The position numbers and the translations under genes were made by a program. The notes below the pieces were generated by a model. It was not told where the DNA came from, ran no database searches, and saw only the letters and a list, made by a program, of their open reading frames with translations. From Chrysomallon squamiferum (taxonomy: Eukaryota > Animalia > Mollusca): 64,000 bases of DNA. Positions within the stretch are counted from its first letter, which is position 1; each line of letters opens with the position of its first letter. This document shows, piece after piece, positions 25,379 through 38,767 of the stretch. Location of the stretch: contig CM022670.1 in the NCBI GenBank assembly GCA_012295275.1, positions 36,518,001 through 36,582,000 on the forward strand, in the 5' to 3' direction.

Positions 25379-28300
25379 GTTTAGAAAATAATAATCTGTT
25401 TTAAAAAAGAAAACGGTAAGAATTTGTGAACATTCAACGATTCTTGCTATATTCTGTTTTACAATTTCTTTGAAAAAACCCTGAAATAGTCTCAATGGAA
25501 AAAACAACAACAAGAAAAAATGTTTTCTAATAGTCAGATTTATGTTAAATAACACATGAAAAATAGTAATTAGACAGAAACGAGCAACAAATATATTTCA
25601 CTGATAATAAGCCAATCTTACCGGAGAATGAACTGATAGATAATCTTTGACAAGCGTTAATCAGATCAGCGATAGACTGTGATGTTTTGTTCCATTCGTA
25701 CAGCACCTCCCAGAAACCTATTCCACTTGCTTCATTAACTATTTTCATCACTGTAGAGTTGTTTAAGCCAAGAGCTAAACCAAACTGCTTGACTTTATAT
25801 TTGTTATCTGAATAATTAATTAAAACAAACAAAAAATTATAAATAATAAAAAACGACAACCCCCTGAAAAAAAACATTCAGCAACAATGTCGACAACCAA
25901 ATAAATAAATAAATAAATAAATAAATAAATATAAATTAAATCAAATACTGAGAAACGCTGTAATAAAATATCAAAATGAAAAGGTAATAATAATCTGTAG
26001 TGTTATCATCATTACTGCATGGCTTATGATTCCATTATTGCTGATTATTATTAATTATTTGGTTGTGACACACACACACACACCCAAACACACTTTTTAT
26101 TGGTTTTTTTTTTAAGTTTAAATTTTTTAACCTCGAAGCTGATTCTAAACATACCAAACTCTTTTTCAATTCGAACTGCAAATCCTAAAATGTGTGCAGG
26201 CAGATGGCTGCTATTCACATTTGATCGTTTGCTTTCCTCTGCCAAAGTCAGCAGTTCTGTTAACTTGCTGCTGGTATTTTCTGTTGATTCCTGTAAACTA
26301 CGTATTGCTTCCTTATATTCTTCTTGACTTTTCAAAGCAGATGTATTAATTTTCTTTAGCTGAAATTAAATATGAAGAAATGTGATTAATATTTTCCATA
26401 ATATACACGTAGACGGAAACTTTTAATAGCTTTCTTCGTTAGAAAATAAATTATTTATTACTGATCTTTGATTCCAGATTTTTCTCTTTATTTACTGCTG
26501 CAGTAACATCATACAGTAAATTCTTCGTTTAACGTCAACATGTCAACTGACTTCATTTTTAGCAGACTATTTCCATTAGATCTAAAGTAAACTTTTTATT
26601 TCTGTCATCCATAATGTATTTCACGTACAGGCTTTCATCATGTTATCCTAACTGTATAACATTTTTATAAAACACTGAACCAGTAAACAAATGACATCTC
26701 TCTCTCTCTCTCTCCGTTTGTTACAATTTCTAATATAGAAGTTGTCAATTTATATTTGACCATCACTATCGACACAGACACAGAGAAACACACAAACACA
26801 TATAGATATTATTACATAAATATATTTTTACATTTGCAACTTTTACTTTTTATTATTATTATTATTATTATCATCATCATTATCATCATCATTGTTATTA
26901 TTATTACAGTGATACCGTGACTTACGGGTTTAATTCGTTCCTTGACCGTGCTCGTAATTCAGTTTGCTCGTCAAATCAATTTTCCAAAATGAAAATAATT
27001 GAAATACCATTAATCCGTTCCAGCTCCCCCAAAACAAACCCAATTTTTTAAAAGTATTTTTAAAAAAGAAAAATGTATGTATAAATAACAAATATTGTAT
27101 AAAAAAACAATATAAAAGAGAATGTAAAGAAATAAATTGTAAAGTGTTCAGGGTTAGGGTTTACCCATCTTTTCATGGACAGAGATCCGCAGCTTAGAAA
27201 TTATTTTAATGCCTTTGGCTGGCGTTATAGCCTTTATTGGCTCCTTCTGCTTCAGTGTGGTATATATCGTAAAAGTACTACGCTCGTACTGCCTAGGCAA
27301 GTCGACTACATGCACACCTCGCTCATGCTTTTCTATGATTTCATGCTTTTATTCTTCTTCTCAACACTGTCCTTTCTTCTTCTCAACACTTTCTTAGGAT
27401 CCATGGAAATTTAGGAAAATACTGCACAAAAATGCGAGCACAACACAACAGAGATGCTTCAGCTGTGAGATAAGCACGTAAAGCAAACGAGTGATACGCG
27501 GGATGCTGGGCTGATATTGTGTTGTTCGTTGCGCCAATTAACGGCAGCGTTTCTGAAGCTCGCTCGTAACTCGGATCTTGATTCGCAACTCAAAGCAAAA
27601 ATGGACCGCTGTATTATTATTAATTTATTTTTTTATCATTTATTATTATTATTATTATAATTGCATGTTCACATTAAAAAATCCGGCAGCCTCCGGATGT
27701 AAGAAGTGCTCATTTTCAACAATGCCGGATTTTTTATGGTTTTATATGCTGTGTATATTTAACAGAAAATTAGTACCTGTTTACTCCTTTAAAGAAAGAA
27801 AATTGAACTCTATATGAAAAGCAAATGAAATTTTAATGTTCACCAACAAAATACAATAGTTCTACAGAATTTTAATTCAACTAAATAAAATAGTTTCTCT
27901 GAATTTTAATCATTACTGTATCCTCGAAAAGAAGCTAAATAGCAGATGGGCTAAATAGCAGGATCAGCATCTTCATCACTGACATTGACAATATTCTCAG
28001 CAATAGGAACATGTTGATGGTGGTTGCACATCTGGTTGACTTGAAGTTGATGGCAGTGGTGTATCAAGTGTGGACACTGCTGCTGCTTCTTCCTGGTTCC
28101 TAGCTATTTTCTTGAATATATCGTGCAGTGTCTGTTGCCTCATATACTCGGGTATTTCTGTAATAAGTTTATCTTAGAACAAGTAAACATTCACAATTTC
28201 CTGTTCACTTACAAAACTTTATTGCTCTAGTCCAGCCAGCAGTTCAGTTGTCAACGTAATTAGCCTGTCAATAGAGATTCTTTCTCTCACATCTTCCTCA

Positions 28301-29739
28301 TTTTCATCACTGCTTTCATCTTCATCACGTACAGGCATTTCTCTCCGGACTTTTAACCATAACTACAATTTCAGAATCAGTGTAATGATGAACTGTAGGC
28401 ACATTGCCATCAACATCCATCCAATCTTTAAAAGTGTTTTTCAGTGTTGATGTTTTTCAGTGTTGATGTTTTCACAGACTTCCATGAATTGGCAACACAG
28501 TACACTGCATCCGTAATGTTGAATTCGTTTATGAATTCTGAACTGGGGTGCCTGAATTAAGTGAACTCGCTAGGCGCCTCATTAACAGGCATCGGTACTT
28601 ACACTTCATTGAACGTATAATACCATTGTCCTATGGTTGAAGTAGTGATGTGCATTAGGATGGGAGGTAGACAACAAAAACATTATCTGAAACCAATCCA
28701 ATGTAATATCAGTGGTTTGCACAGACACGTCGATATTAATTTTTTTTTTTTTAGGTTTTCCAGTTTCTCTGCGATCGACAACACACGATGTTTACATTTT
28801 ACGCCACCTCTTTTCTTTGCTGAATCCATAATGGTGTTGTAGAGCAGCAAACAAATGATAAAATAAGAAGGAATGAGCAGGAATAACTGTTAGCAGGTGC
28901 AAGCAAGACCCAACAGCTGATTCTGGAGTACAGAACCATCAAAACATAAACGGCGCCTCCAGAAAACAGTTTCGCGCCAACACGGTAAATTTAAAAATGG
29001 GCTCCGAAATCCATGCCGGAAATCTGAAGGAACCGGATTTTTGAATGTCAACCGGTATTATTATTATTATTATTATTATTATTTACTGTCCAATTTTAAT
29101 GAAATATAACAATACAACTGAAAAAAATATATGGATGCCATTATTTTGCTGAATTCGTGACATTATCATACATAGTGTTGATCGATTTGCACAAGACACG
29201 TGTAAGTGGGTGCACAGGCACCACAACGAAAACAAATTCAAAGTTACTACTAAATTTTTACTTACTTTCTTCAACAGGCGATTGTGAGATTTCACTTCTG
29301 CCACTAAGGACTCTTCCAGCGCTTTGCATTGTTGCTTCAACTTCTGTATTTCTTTCAATCTATCATCCTTCACCATGTATATATGAAATTTTGTGCCCAG
29401 TCTCTCTGTTATATCTAAAGACTTATTCGTGACCTCGGACATATCTTTCACGGTGGTGTACAAAAACTCATCCTTCTTTCGGAGTTCGTCTTCAGCTTTT
29501 TTCAATCTGGCAGAAAGATCTGATATTTCCTTTTTTTGTTCTTCCAGTTGAATATTACTGTTCTCATGGACATCTCGTTGTATTTCAGGTAAAGAATGCG
29601 AAGTTTCCGAATGTTTTAGCATTTCTTCAAACGTCGGCTGGACAGATCCGATAAATTCCGGCAAGATTGCTCTCATAACTTTTAGGATATTTTGTTTCGC
29701 CGTTTCGTCCATTTCTTCGAGTGAAGATGGTGAAGCCAT
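24456..29739 (-). CDS. Coiled-coil/Death-domain-like/CARD protein, copy 3 (intact, ~449 aa, hydrophobic C-terminal tail); exons 29739-29266, 26359-26155, 25807-25622, 25319-25047, 24667-24456
   Basis: GT..AG introns with phases 0,1,1,1; 474+205+186+273+212 = 1350 nt; CARD MPPDHSTAIEKAYSRLAADI...GEKAFDSFVEALAKSGQNHLADILK; ends DFVINNLTFFIIILLCHIAAIYPLQNLIY*. Confidence 0.85.
26907..27612. mobile_element. Non-autonomous pogo/Tigger-like DNA transposon in intron 1 of copy 3
   Basis: Begins TA|CAGTGATACCGTGACTTACGGGTTTAATTCGTTCC (Tigger-type end) and ends ...CTCGTAACTCGG...CCGCTG|TA inside a TAT microsatellite; absent from the copy-2 intron. Confidence 0.6.
27664..29055 (-). mobile_element. pogo/Tigger-like DNA transposon with TIRs and a transposase C-terminal remnant
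   Basis: Termini CATGTTCACATTAAAAAATCCGG / CCGGATTTTTTGAATGTCAACCGG are inverted; minus strand ~28430-28100 reads DWMDVDGNVPTVHHYTDSEIVVMV...DEDESSDENEEDVRERISID...MRQQTLHDIFKK, typical of a Tigger/Jerky tail; absent from copy 2. Confidence 0.7.
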
Positions 29740-29885
29740 TGTATTTAGTAGAAATGGTATTTATCAGTCAAAGAAACTGAAAACTTGTTTATTTCCGGAA
29801 GTTTATCAAGCTGTAAAACTATAAAAGTAAGAAGTCAAATATTATTCATATTAATAATGATGATGAAGATGATTTATAATGAAAG

Positions 29886-29932
<47 letters not shown>

Positions 29933-30559
29933 TTAAATGAAACTTAACAAAAACTAAATCGCCTGTACAAATAAAAATAACCCAGTAACCGATACTTAAC
30001 ATAAATAAAACAGTAGTCATCTAGGAGAAATCTCAACTTTATCTTTTCTGCAAATTGCAACTCACTTATAACATGTCGCAGTACCAGTATCTATTAAACC
30101 ATATATTTGTTATAATCTGTCATGTCATCACCAGCAGTGCTGGGAAATGTTTTGTTTATTTTAATATAAAAATGGATAATACTGTGAATAAATAAATTTC
30201 TACTATTATTCCTGTAGTAGATTTGATGTTGCAGCTATTAAGGTTGGTAACAGTAAAAATAACTAAGTAACTAAATAACTAACTAAACAAACAAACAAAC
30301 AAATAATTTTACTGTCACAACTATTAAAATGAACGTACTATACGTCTTGGTAGCTAGTAAAATTAGTAAAAAAATAATAATTAACTAACTAAAGAAAGAA
30401 AGAAAGAAAGAAAAAATGGGAAAAAAACAACTACATTATTTCCACTCTCAATGCTGCCATCTTGGATTTTAATACATATATAATTTATTATTTAACTTGC
30501 CGTATAAATAACTTCTAAACTGAACTGAAAAAGCATATAATGAGTACACAGTTTAAGTA

Positions 30560-31221
30560 TTCTGAATAATATATTTTTTCAGTAAATGGTTTGACCAAAA
30601 CAGTTTCCACTTGCATTTGTTAAATATGAGATACATTCAACTACAAAGAATAACTTCACATGCAAAAATATATATATATATTTTTTTAAAATAGCCCAAA
30701 GAAAAATCTCACTTATGCGTTATAGCTATAAAACTAAGGTACAATTGTTTTAAAATGCAAAGGATTTTTGTTTCGTTATGAAAGTAAAATATATTGTAAT
30801 AATTAAATCAGGTCAAATAATATTGTACATAGAAACCTGATGTATTATATCTTAATGTATTTACGGAGATCAAAAACTGAATTTAAAATATAGGTTCAAA
30901 TAAATATGATTTTGTATGGCATTTAAAAACGATTGTTGAGATTTTGCTAATTATTTGATCTCTAAATATTTTGATAATAATTCGACACAAGTTAGCTTCT
31001 TAGAAATATTTAATTGTGTTTATTGGGCTTTCCACATGATAACAAAATAAATCAGTTACAATAAAGAAATTGATATATGAAACAACAAGAAATATTCTAT
31101 TTATTTACGTGTCTGTCAGTTTTATAATCAACTTTTTTCTTGTTATTAATTTAATTTATTGTTGTGATTTTATGAATAACTACTATTGTTACTAAGACTA
31201 CCATTATTTTTAATTATGATG

Positions 31222-31263
<42 letters not shown>

Positions 31264-34200
31264 CAATATTTAATGATACTGTATTTCTCTATTAATAATT
31301 ATTAGATATGACTTCTATAAATATGTTGTAATTTCGTCTGTAGACAATAACAGATAGAGGAAACCCGATTCAGAGAAACATGAGTTACTGCACATGAGTT
31401 ATTTTAGTACCTTTGGTTTTTAATGAGGCGATGGTGAATTTCTATTTTTGGCTAGTTTTGATAATTATTTATGACAATTTACAATTATTCTACACACATT
31501 CAATTTTATTACTTTATTTGTATTGTTAATTTAAAAGTAACAAGTATTTTCAGAAGTATTTTGTTGAATGCACTTAGAATTATATGTAAATAAAAATAAT
31601 CTTAACTGTTTTCGTTAAATACAATTTTTATAACGACTATGATGTGATTGTTCTTATTATTATTCTTATTATCATTATCGTGATATCTTCCATCCTAATA
31701 ACATAGCCGAATTAAAATGTAATATAAACCAGTGGAAAGTATTTTTTTTTTTTTAAATTGCATCTAATGGATTGTCTTGTAATGAAAATTTTAATCAGCA
31801 GATCCATTGCAGCCTTTCCTTGAGTATTCTTCTTGCGGTATTATTATTAATACAACAATACTCTAAATTTATCTTTCATTCGTTTTCCTTAAAAAAAGTG
31901 ATGTTGATGATGATAATAATACTAATAACATTCCGGAATCATGTTGAAATTCGAGCTATGTAGTAGTCTACACGTATGTTGTTGAAAGAAACTGCATAAT
32001 TTGGCGGCATAAAATGAACAATAAAACTAAATCGACAATTTGTATAAAAGTGTTACGTATTTACGAATGAGAATTCACTCTTATTAATTCTTTTCGTATT
32101 TTACAGCAACTACTACATTATAGCAGCAGATTGAAAATAAAATTGATTATACCTTAAAATTAGTATTCCGTTTTCTTTTTCCTTACAGTGGAGTACTGCT
32201 TTAGCGCCAGGCTACACAAAAAATGACTCGTGTGATACAACAAACTGTTAGCAGACGACAGTCTGATAACATCTGTTCGTGCTGGGTTTTGTGGTAAGGA
32301 TCAATCGTTTTGTGTTTTGTTTTGATCTTACGTATTATTTACGGATAATCTTTAATCACAATTAAATAAGTGACCAAAGACCCTTGCTTGTTTGAACGGT
32401 TTGATAGCTGGTGTTTACTAAACAACCAGTGCACTTTTTGTTGAGTATCCTTCTGACCTCGTATACCTCCGCTCTCGCAGTCAGTGAACATGATATACAG
32501 TAATTCGCTTGGAACTGTATTTGTAACAGATTGAATATGATTCAACACAAAGCTGTACCCAGTGAGCATTCAGTGGTGCAGACACCCTGCGGAGTATTGG
32601 ATTTATGCAACATAACAAATATTTATTTTTGGCTTTTGTATGGATAGTCTATAATCCGACCGAATCAATGTCATTTGTGTCATTCTTTTTAAAACTTTAT
32701 CACAAAATATAATTCACCCATAATAAATGTTTAAATTTTTTATATATCTAGCTCCTTTCACTCCATAAAGGAGCATTGTTTCAAATAAAAACTCTATAGA
32801 TACAAAATACATCCTGGAAAATAATTAAATAAATAAAAACAACTTCTTAATTAGTAAAATATAAAATAAAACAGTAAACAGTGTTTTGGTGTTCTGTCAT
32901 TAACTGGTAACTTACAACTGGTTGTTAACATTTGATATTTACCATTAATCCTTAAAGTTAAATATTAATATACTTCACAGAAACATGTCAGAAATTATTA
33001 GAGGATACTTAAATAATGGCTTTTTAGAAAAATAATAAATACATGCACCTGTGTGTTTATGTAAATATACGTATCAAAAAATAATAAACTTGAGCACAAT
33101 ATATATATATTATTTTTTTTTTTAGAAAATGTCTCAACATCTAGTTAGATATTTTACACCCAGTCAGTTAAAATAAATAAATAAAAAATTTAAATAAATC
33201 ACTTACTGTGCCTGATTACAACAAAGGTTATTTTACGTACTTTTGGTTTTAATACGGCGATGATGAATTTCTAATCTGAACTGTTCCTGAAGCCATGTTT
33301 TAATTATTTATTAATTCCGTTATTTTTCGTTAGTTTTGATAATTATTTAAATCATAATTTTTAATGATAATTTATTTTTTATTTAAAAAGTATTTAGAGA
33401 TCATTGCAATTTATTACTTTCTTTATATTGTTACGTTAAAAGTTGTTATTATAAAATTTTACAAGTATTTTGTTGAATGTACTTATAATTATATGTAAAT
33501 AAAAATAATTTTAACTGTTTTCGTTAAATGAACTTTTTATAACGACTATGATATGATTGTTGTTATTATTATTATTATTATCATCACTGTGGCATATCCC
33601 ATCCTAATAAAATAGCCCAGTCACACAATGTAATAATATAGACGAGGAGAAAGTATTTGGTTAAGAACTTGCATCTAACTGTTTTTCTTGTAATGAAAAT
33701 TTGAATGAGCAAATCCATTCGCTGGGTATTCTTATGGATTCTTCTTATTATTACTATCATTATTATTACTGTTGTTGTTTGCTGTTGACGAAATTTCTCT
33801 TTATTGTATTTCTTCTTCTTCTTCTTCTTATTATTATTATTTGAATAAAACATTTTCGTTTTTATTCCAATACTTTAAATTTATCTTTCATTCGTTTTCC
33901 TTAAAAAGAAAAAAAAGATGATAATGATAGTAATAATGATATTCGGGAATTATGTTGTAATTGGAGCTATGTACATTCGTAATAGGATAATAACAAATAT
34001 AGGTTGTTGAAATAAACTGCATGATATGGCGTAATAAAATGAACAGTAAAACTAAACCAAGTATTTGTATAAAAGTACTAAATACTGACAAATGAACATT
34101 CATTCTTATTCATTATTTTTATATATTGCAACAAGTACTACATTATAGCAGCAGAGTGAAAATAAAATTGATAATACCTTGAAACTAGTATCCCGTTTTC

Positions 34201-34847
34201 TTTTTCCTTCCAGTCGGGTACTCTTTTTTGGGCCAGCCTACAGAAGAAAAATGACTCGCGTGATATGTTGAATTGTCAGCAGACGACAGTGTGCTAATAC
34301 CAGTTCGTGCTGTTTTTTTGTGGTTTTGATGTGTCACTCTATTTAAATCTTTATCATAAAATTTGATTCACCCATGATTAATTTTTAATAATTTTAATAC
34401 TATTGTGTATCTAGCTCTTTTCACTTAATAAAGGAGCATTGTTTTAAGTAAAAAGTCTGTCGATTCAAAATACATCCTGGTAAATAATTAAAAATATAAA
34501 AACAGCTTCTTTTTTAGTAAAATATAGAATAAAACAGTAAACAGTGTTTTGGTATTCTGTCATTAATTAATAGCTTAAAATTGGTTGTTAACCTTTGATA
34601 TTTAATCATTAAAGTTAACTATCAGTAGTATCACAGAAACATGTCAGATTATGTAGAGGATAATTAAATAGTGGCTTTATAGAAAAATAATATATACCAT
34701 ATACGTATACAAAATAATTACAAAATAAGTTCATAACGAAATATGGAATTTTTTTTAAAACTTTTAAACTTTTTTTTAGAAAAACTCTCAACACGTAGTG
34801 ACATATTTTACACCCACTCAACATCAAACAAGAAATATATGCCTGTA

Positions 34848-34897
<50 letters not shown>

Positions 34898-35848
34898 TAC
34901 ACACACATATATATAATAACAATAATTAAAAATAAATAAATGAAAAATGTAAATAAATAAATAAACTACAAAATAATGAAATATCCCCAGAAAATATTAA
35001 AAAAAGCAAAATAATTTTTAAAAGAGAGTAAATATACCCCTAAATATGTGTGCATATGTGTGTGTGTGTGATTAAATTTAATAATAATAATAATAATAAA
35101 AATAACAATTTAGTGTTTTATTTTGTTATAACTCTTATTCTAGTTCTACATATATATATACAACTATATAATCTTATTCTCTCGTGAATATTTAATATTC
35201 AATTAATAATACAATGATGAAAATACTTTGATAATCTATCTTGGGAGGGCTAGTATTAAAAAAAAACCAAAAACGAAAAAACAACAAACAAACAAAACAA
35301 ATATGCACTAAAATTTAAAACCAGTATAAAAAAAACAAACATTTTAAAACATTATAAAAATCTATATTATTAAAGATATAGTTTTGACATAACGCCAAAA
35401 ATCAAGTAGACCATGTCTATCGAATTATCTCATAAGTGCGTAGTATACGGCCTTAGTTCCATGGTTGATTATATGAGTCCCTTACTCAAAGAACATTATC
35501 ACATTATTAAAACAAATACCTGATTGTTATTATTTTTACTTACTACAATTTCTAATACACTAACTTGGAAAGTAAATTTGCCGCAATTTTTATAATTATT
35601 AAATTAAATTACACACAAACACATATACATACATACATACAAAACAGTAATTTTAAGTGTACATTTTTATCTTTTTAAAATTCTTTTGCTTTCGATGTTG
35701 TTACTTTCTGTAGCTTTTTCTTTATTTTATTTCTTTCTTTATTTCTTTATTTAATTCTTTATTTATTTATTTATTTATTTAGATTTTTTATTTATTTATT
35801 TTAACTGACTGGGTGTAAAATATCTAACTAGATGTTGAGACATTTTCT

Positions 35849-35879
<31 letters not shown>

Positions 35880-37762
35880 TATTGTGCTCAAGTTAATTAT
35901 TTTTTGATACGTATATTTACATAAACACACAGGTGCATGTATTTATTATTTTTCTAAAAAGCCATTATTTAAGTATCCTCTAATAATTTCTGACATGTTT
36001 CTGTGAAGTATATTAATATTTAACTTTAAGGATTAATGGTAAATATCAAATGTTAACAACCAGTTGTAAGTTACCAGTTAATGACAGAACACCAAAACAC
36101 TGTTTACTGTTTTATTATATATTTTACTAATAAAGAAGTTGTTTTTATTTATTTAATTATTTACCAGGATGTATTTTGTACATTTAGAGTTTTTATTTGA
36201 AACAATGCTCCTTTATGGAGTGAAAGGAGCTAGATATATAAAAATTTAAAACATTAATTATGGGTGAATTAAATTTTGTGATAAAGATTTAAAAAGAATG
36301 ACACAAATGACTGTCTGATTATAGGACTGTCAATACAAAAACCAAAAATAAATATTTTTTATTGTTAGCAGTGTAAAATGTGCGTAACCCAATAGTCCGC
36401 AGGTGTCTGAACCACTGAATGTTCACTGGGTACAGCTTTGACTTCAAATACATTCAATCTGTTACAAATACTGTTCCAAGCGAATTACTGTATATCATGT
36501 TCACTGACTGCGAGAGCGGAGGTATACGAGGTCAGAAAGATGCTTAACAAAAGGTGCACTGGTTGTTTAGTAAATACCAGCTATCTAACCGTTCAAACAC
36601 GCAAAGGTCTTTGCTCACTTACATCATTGTGATTAAACATTATCCGTGAATAATACGTAAGACCAAAACAAAACACAAAACCATTGATCATTACCACAAA
36701 ACCCAGCACGAACAGATGTTATCAGACTGTCATCTGCTAACAGTTTGTTGTATCACACGAGTCATTTTTTGTGTAGCCTGGCGCTAAAGCAGTACTCCAC
36801 TGTAAGGAAAAAGAAAACGGAATACTAATTTTAAGGTATAATCAATTTTATTTTCAATCTGCAGCTATAATGTAGTAGTTGCTGTAAAATACGAAAAGAA
36901 TTAATAAGAGTGAATTCTCATTCGTAAATACGTAACACTTTTATACAAATTGTCGATTTAGTTTTATTGTTCATTTTATGCCGCTGTATTATGCAGTTTG
37001 TTTCAACAACATACGTGTAGACTACTACATAGCTCGAATTTCAACATGATTCCGGAATGTTATTAGTATTATTATCATCATCAACATCACTGTTTTTAAG
37101 GAAAACGAATGAAAGATAAATTTAGAGTATTGTTGTATTAATAATAATACCGCAAGAAGAATACTCAAGAAATGGCTGCAATGGATTTGTTCATTAAAAT
37201 TTTCATTACAAGAAAATCCATTAGATGCAAGTTCTTAAAAAAAATACTTTCCACTAGTTTATATTACATTTTAATTCGGCTGTGTTATTAGGATGGAACA
37301 TATCACGATAAGGATAATAAGAATAATAATAATAATAATCACATCATAGTCGTTATAAAAATTATATTTAACGAAAACAGTTAAGATTATTTTTATTTAC
37401 ATATAATTCTAAATGCATTCAACAAAATACTTGTGACAATTTAAACTAAAAAATAAAATAACGACTTTTAAATTAACAATACAAATAAAGTAATAAAATT
37501 GAATGTGTATAGAATAATCATAAATTGCAATTAAAAATTAAGACTTCATAAATAATTATCAAAACTAGCCAAAAATAGAAATTCACCATCGCCTTATTAA
37601 AAACCAAAGGTACGTAAAATAACCTTTGTTGTAATCAGGCGCAGTAACTTGTGCTGGTCTGAAGCGGGTTTCTTCTATCTGTTATTGTCTACAGAGGAAA
37701 TTACAACATCTTTAATAATGTCTAATAATTATTAATAGAGAAATACAGTATCATTAAAATTG

Positions 37763-37826
<64 letters not shown>

Positions 37827-38480
37827 TTAATTAAAATTAATGGTAGTCTTAGTAACAGTAGAAACTATTCATAAAATCACAACAATAAATTAAATTAATA
37901 ACAAGAAAAAAGTTGATTATAAAACTGACAGACACGTAAATAAATAGAATATTTCATGTTGTTTCATATATCAATTTCTTAATTGTAACTGGTTTATTTT
38001 GTTATCATGTGGAAAGCCCAATAAACACAATTAAATATTTCTAAGAAGCTAACTTGTGTCGAATTATTATCAAAATATTTAGAGATCAAATAATTAGCAA
38101 AATCTCAACAATCGTTTTTAAATGCCATACAAAATCATATTTATTTGAACCTATATTTTAAATTCAGTTTTTGATCTCCGTAAATACATTAAGATATAAT
38201 ACATCAGGTTTCTGTGTAAAATATTATTTGACCTGATTTAATTATTACAATATATTTTACTTTCATAACGAAACAAAAATCCTTTGCATTTTAAAACAAT
38301 TGTACCTTAGTTTTATAGCTATAACGCATAAGTGAGATTTTTCTTTGGGCTATTTTTAAAAAAAAATTAATATTTCTGCATGTGAAGTTATTCTTTGTAG
38401 TTGAATGTATCTCATATTTAACAAATGCAAGTGGAAACTGTTTTGGTCAAACCATTTACTGAAAAATATATTATTCAGAA
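30560..38480. repeat. Large inverted duplication: arms ~30560-33187 and ~35784-38480, spacer ~2.6 kb
   Basis: Both ends verified: tctgaataatatatttttcagtaaatggtttgacc (30561) vs ggtcaaaccatttactgaaaaatatattattcagaa (ends 38480); acacccagtcagttaaaat (33156) vs attttaactgactgggtgt (35798). Confidence 0.92.
33200..34820 (+). repeat. Diverged direct tandem copy of ~31385-33165, lacking the ~32300-32670 segment
   Basis: Collinear matches such as aacgactatgat.tgattgtt, tactacattatagcagcaga.tgaaaataaaattgat, aaggagcattgttt and cacagaaacatgtcaga. Confidence 0.8.
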
Positions 38481-38567
38481 ATGTTAATTTTTTAAAAACA
38501 TAGCATCTCATAAACAATTGTGTTCTAAAGGGCCTAGATGTAAAATATATTGTAATATTAAATCTAG

Positions 38568-38767
38568 NNNNNNNNNNNNNNNNNNNNNNNNNNNNNNNNN
38601 NNNNNNNNNNNNNNNNNNNNNNNNNNNNNNNNNNNNNNNNNNNNNNNNNNNNNNNNNNNNNNNNNNNNNNNNNNNNNNNNNNNNNNNNNNNNNNNNNNNN
38701 NNNNNNNNNNNNNNNNNNNNNNNNNNNNNNNNNNNNNNNNNNNNNNNNNNNNNNNNNNNNNNNNNNN
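38568..38767. other. Assembly gap (exactly 200 N)
   Basis: Run of N; the round length indicates a scaffolding placeholder. Confidence 0.99.

Noticed and set aside
29770-29790. ISRE-like GAAACTGAAAAC upstream of the CARD copies (also ~15430, and a variant at ~3490)
   Set aside because: Fully explained as the minus-strand TTTTCAG splice acceptor of coding exon 1.
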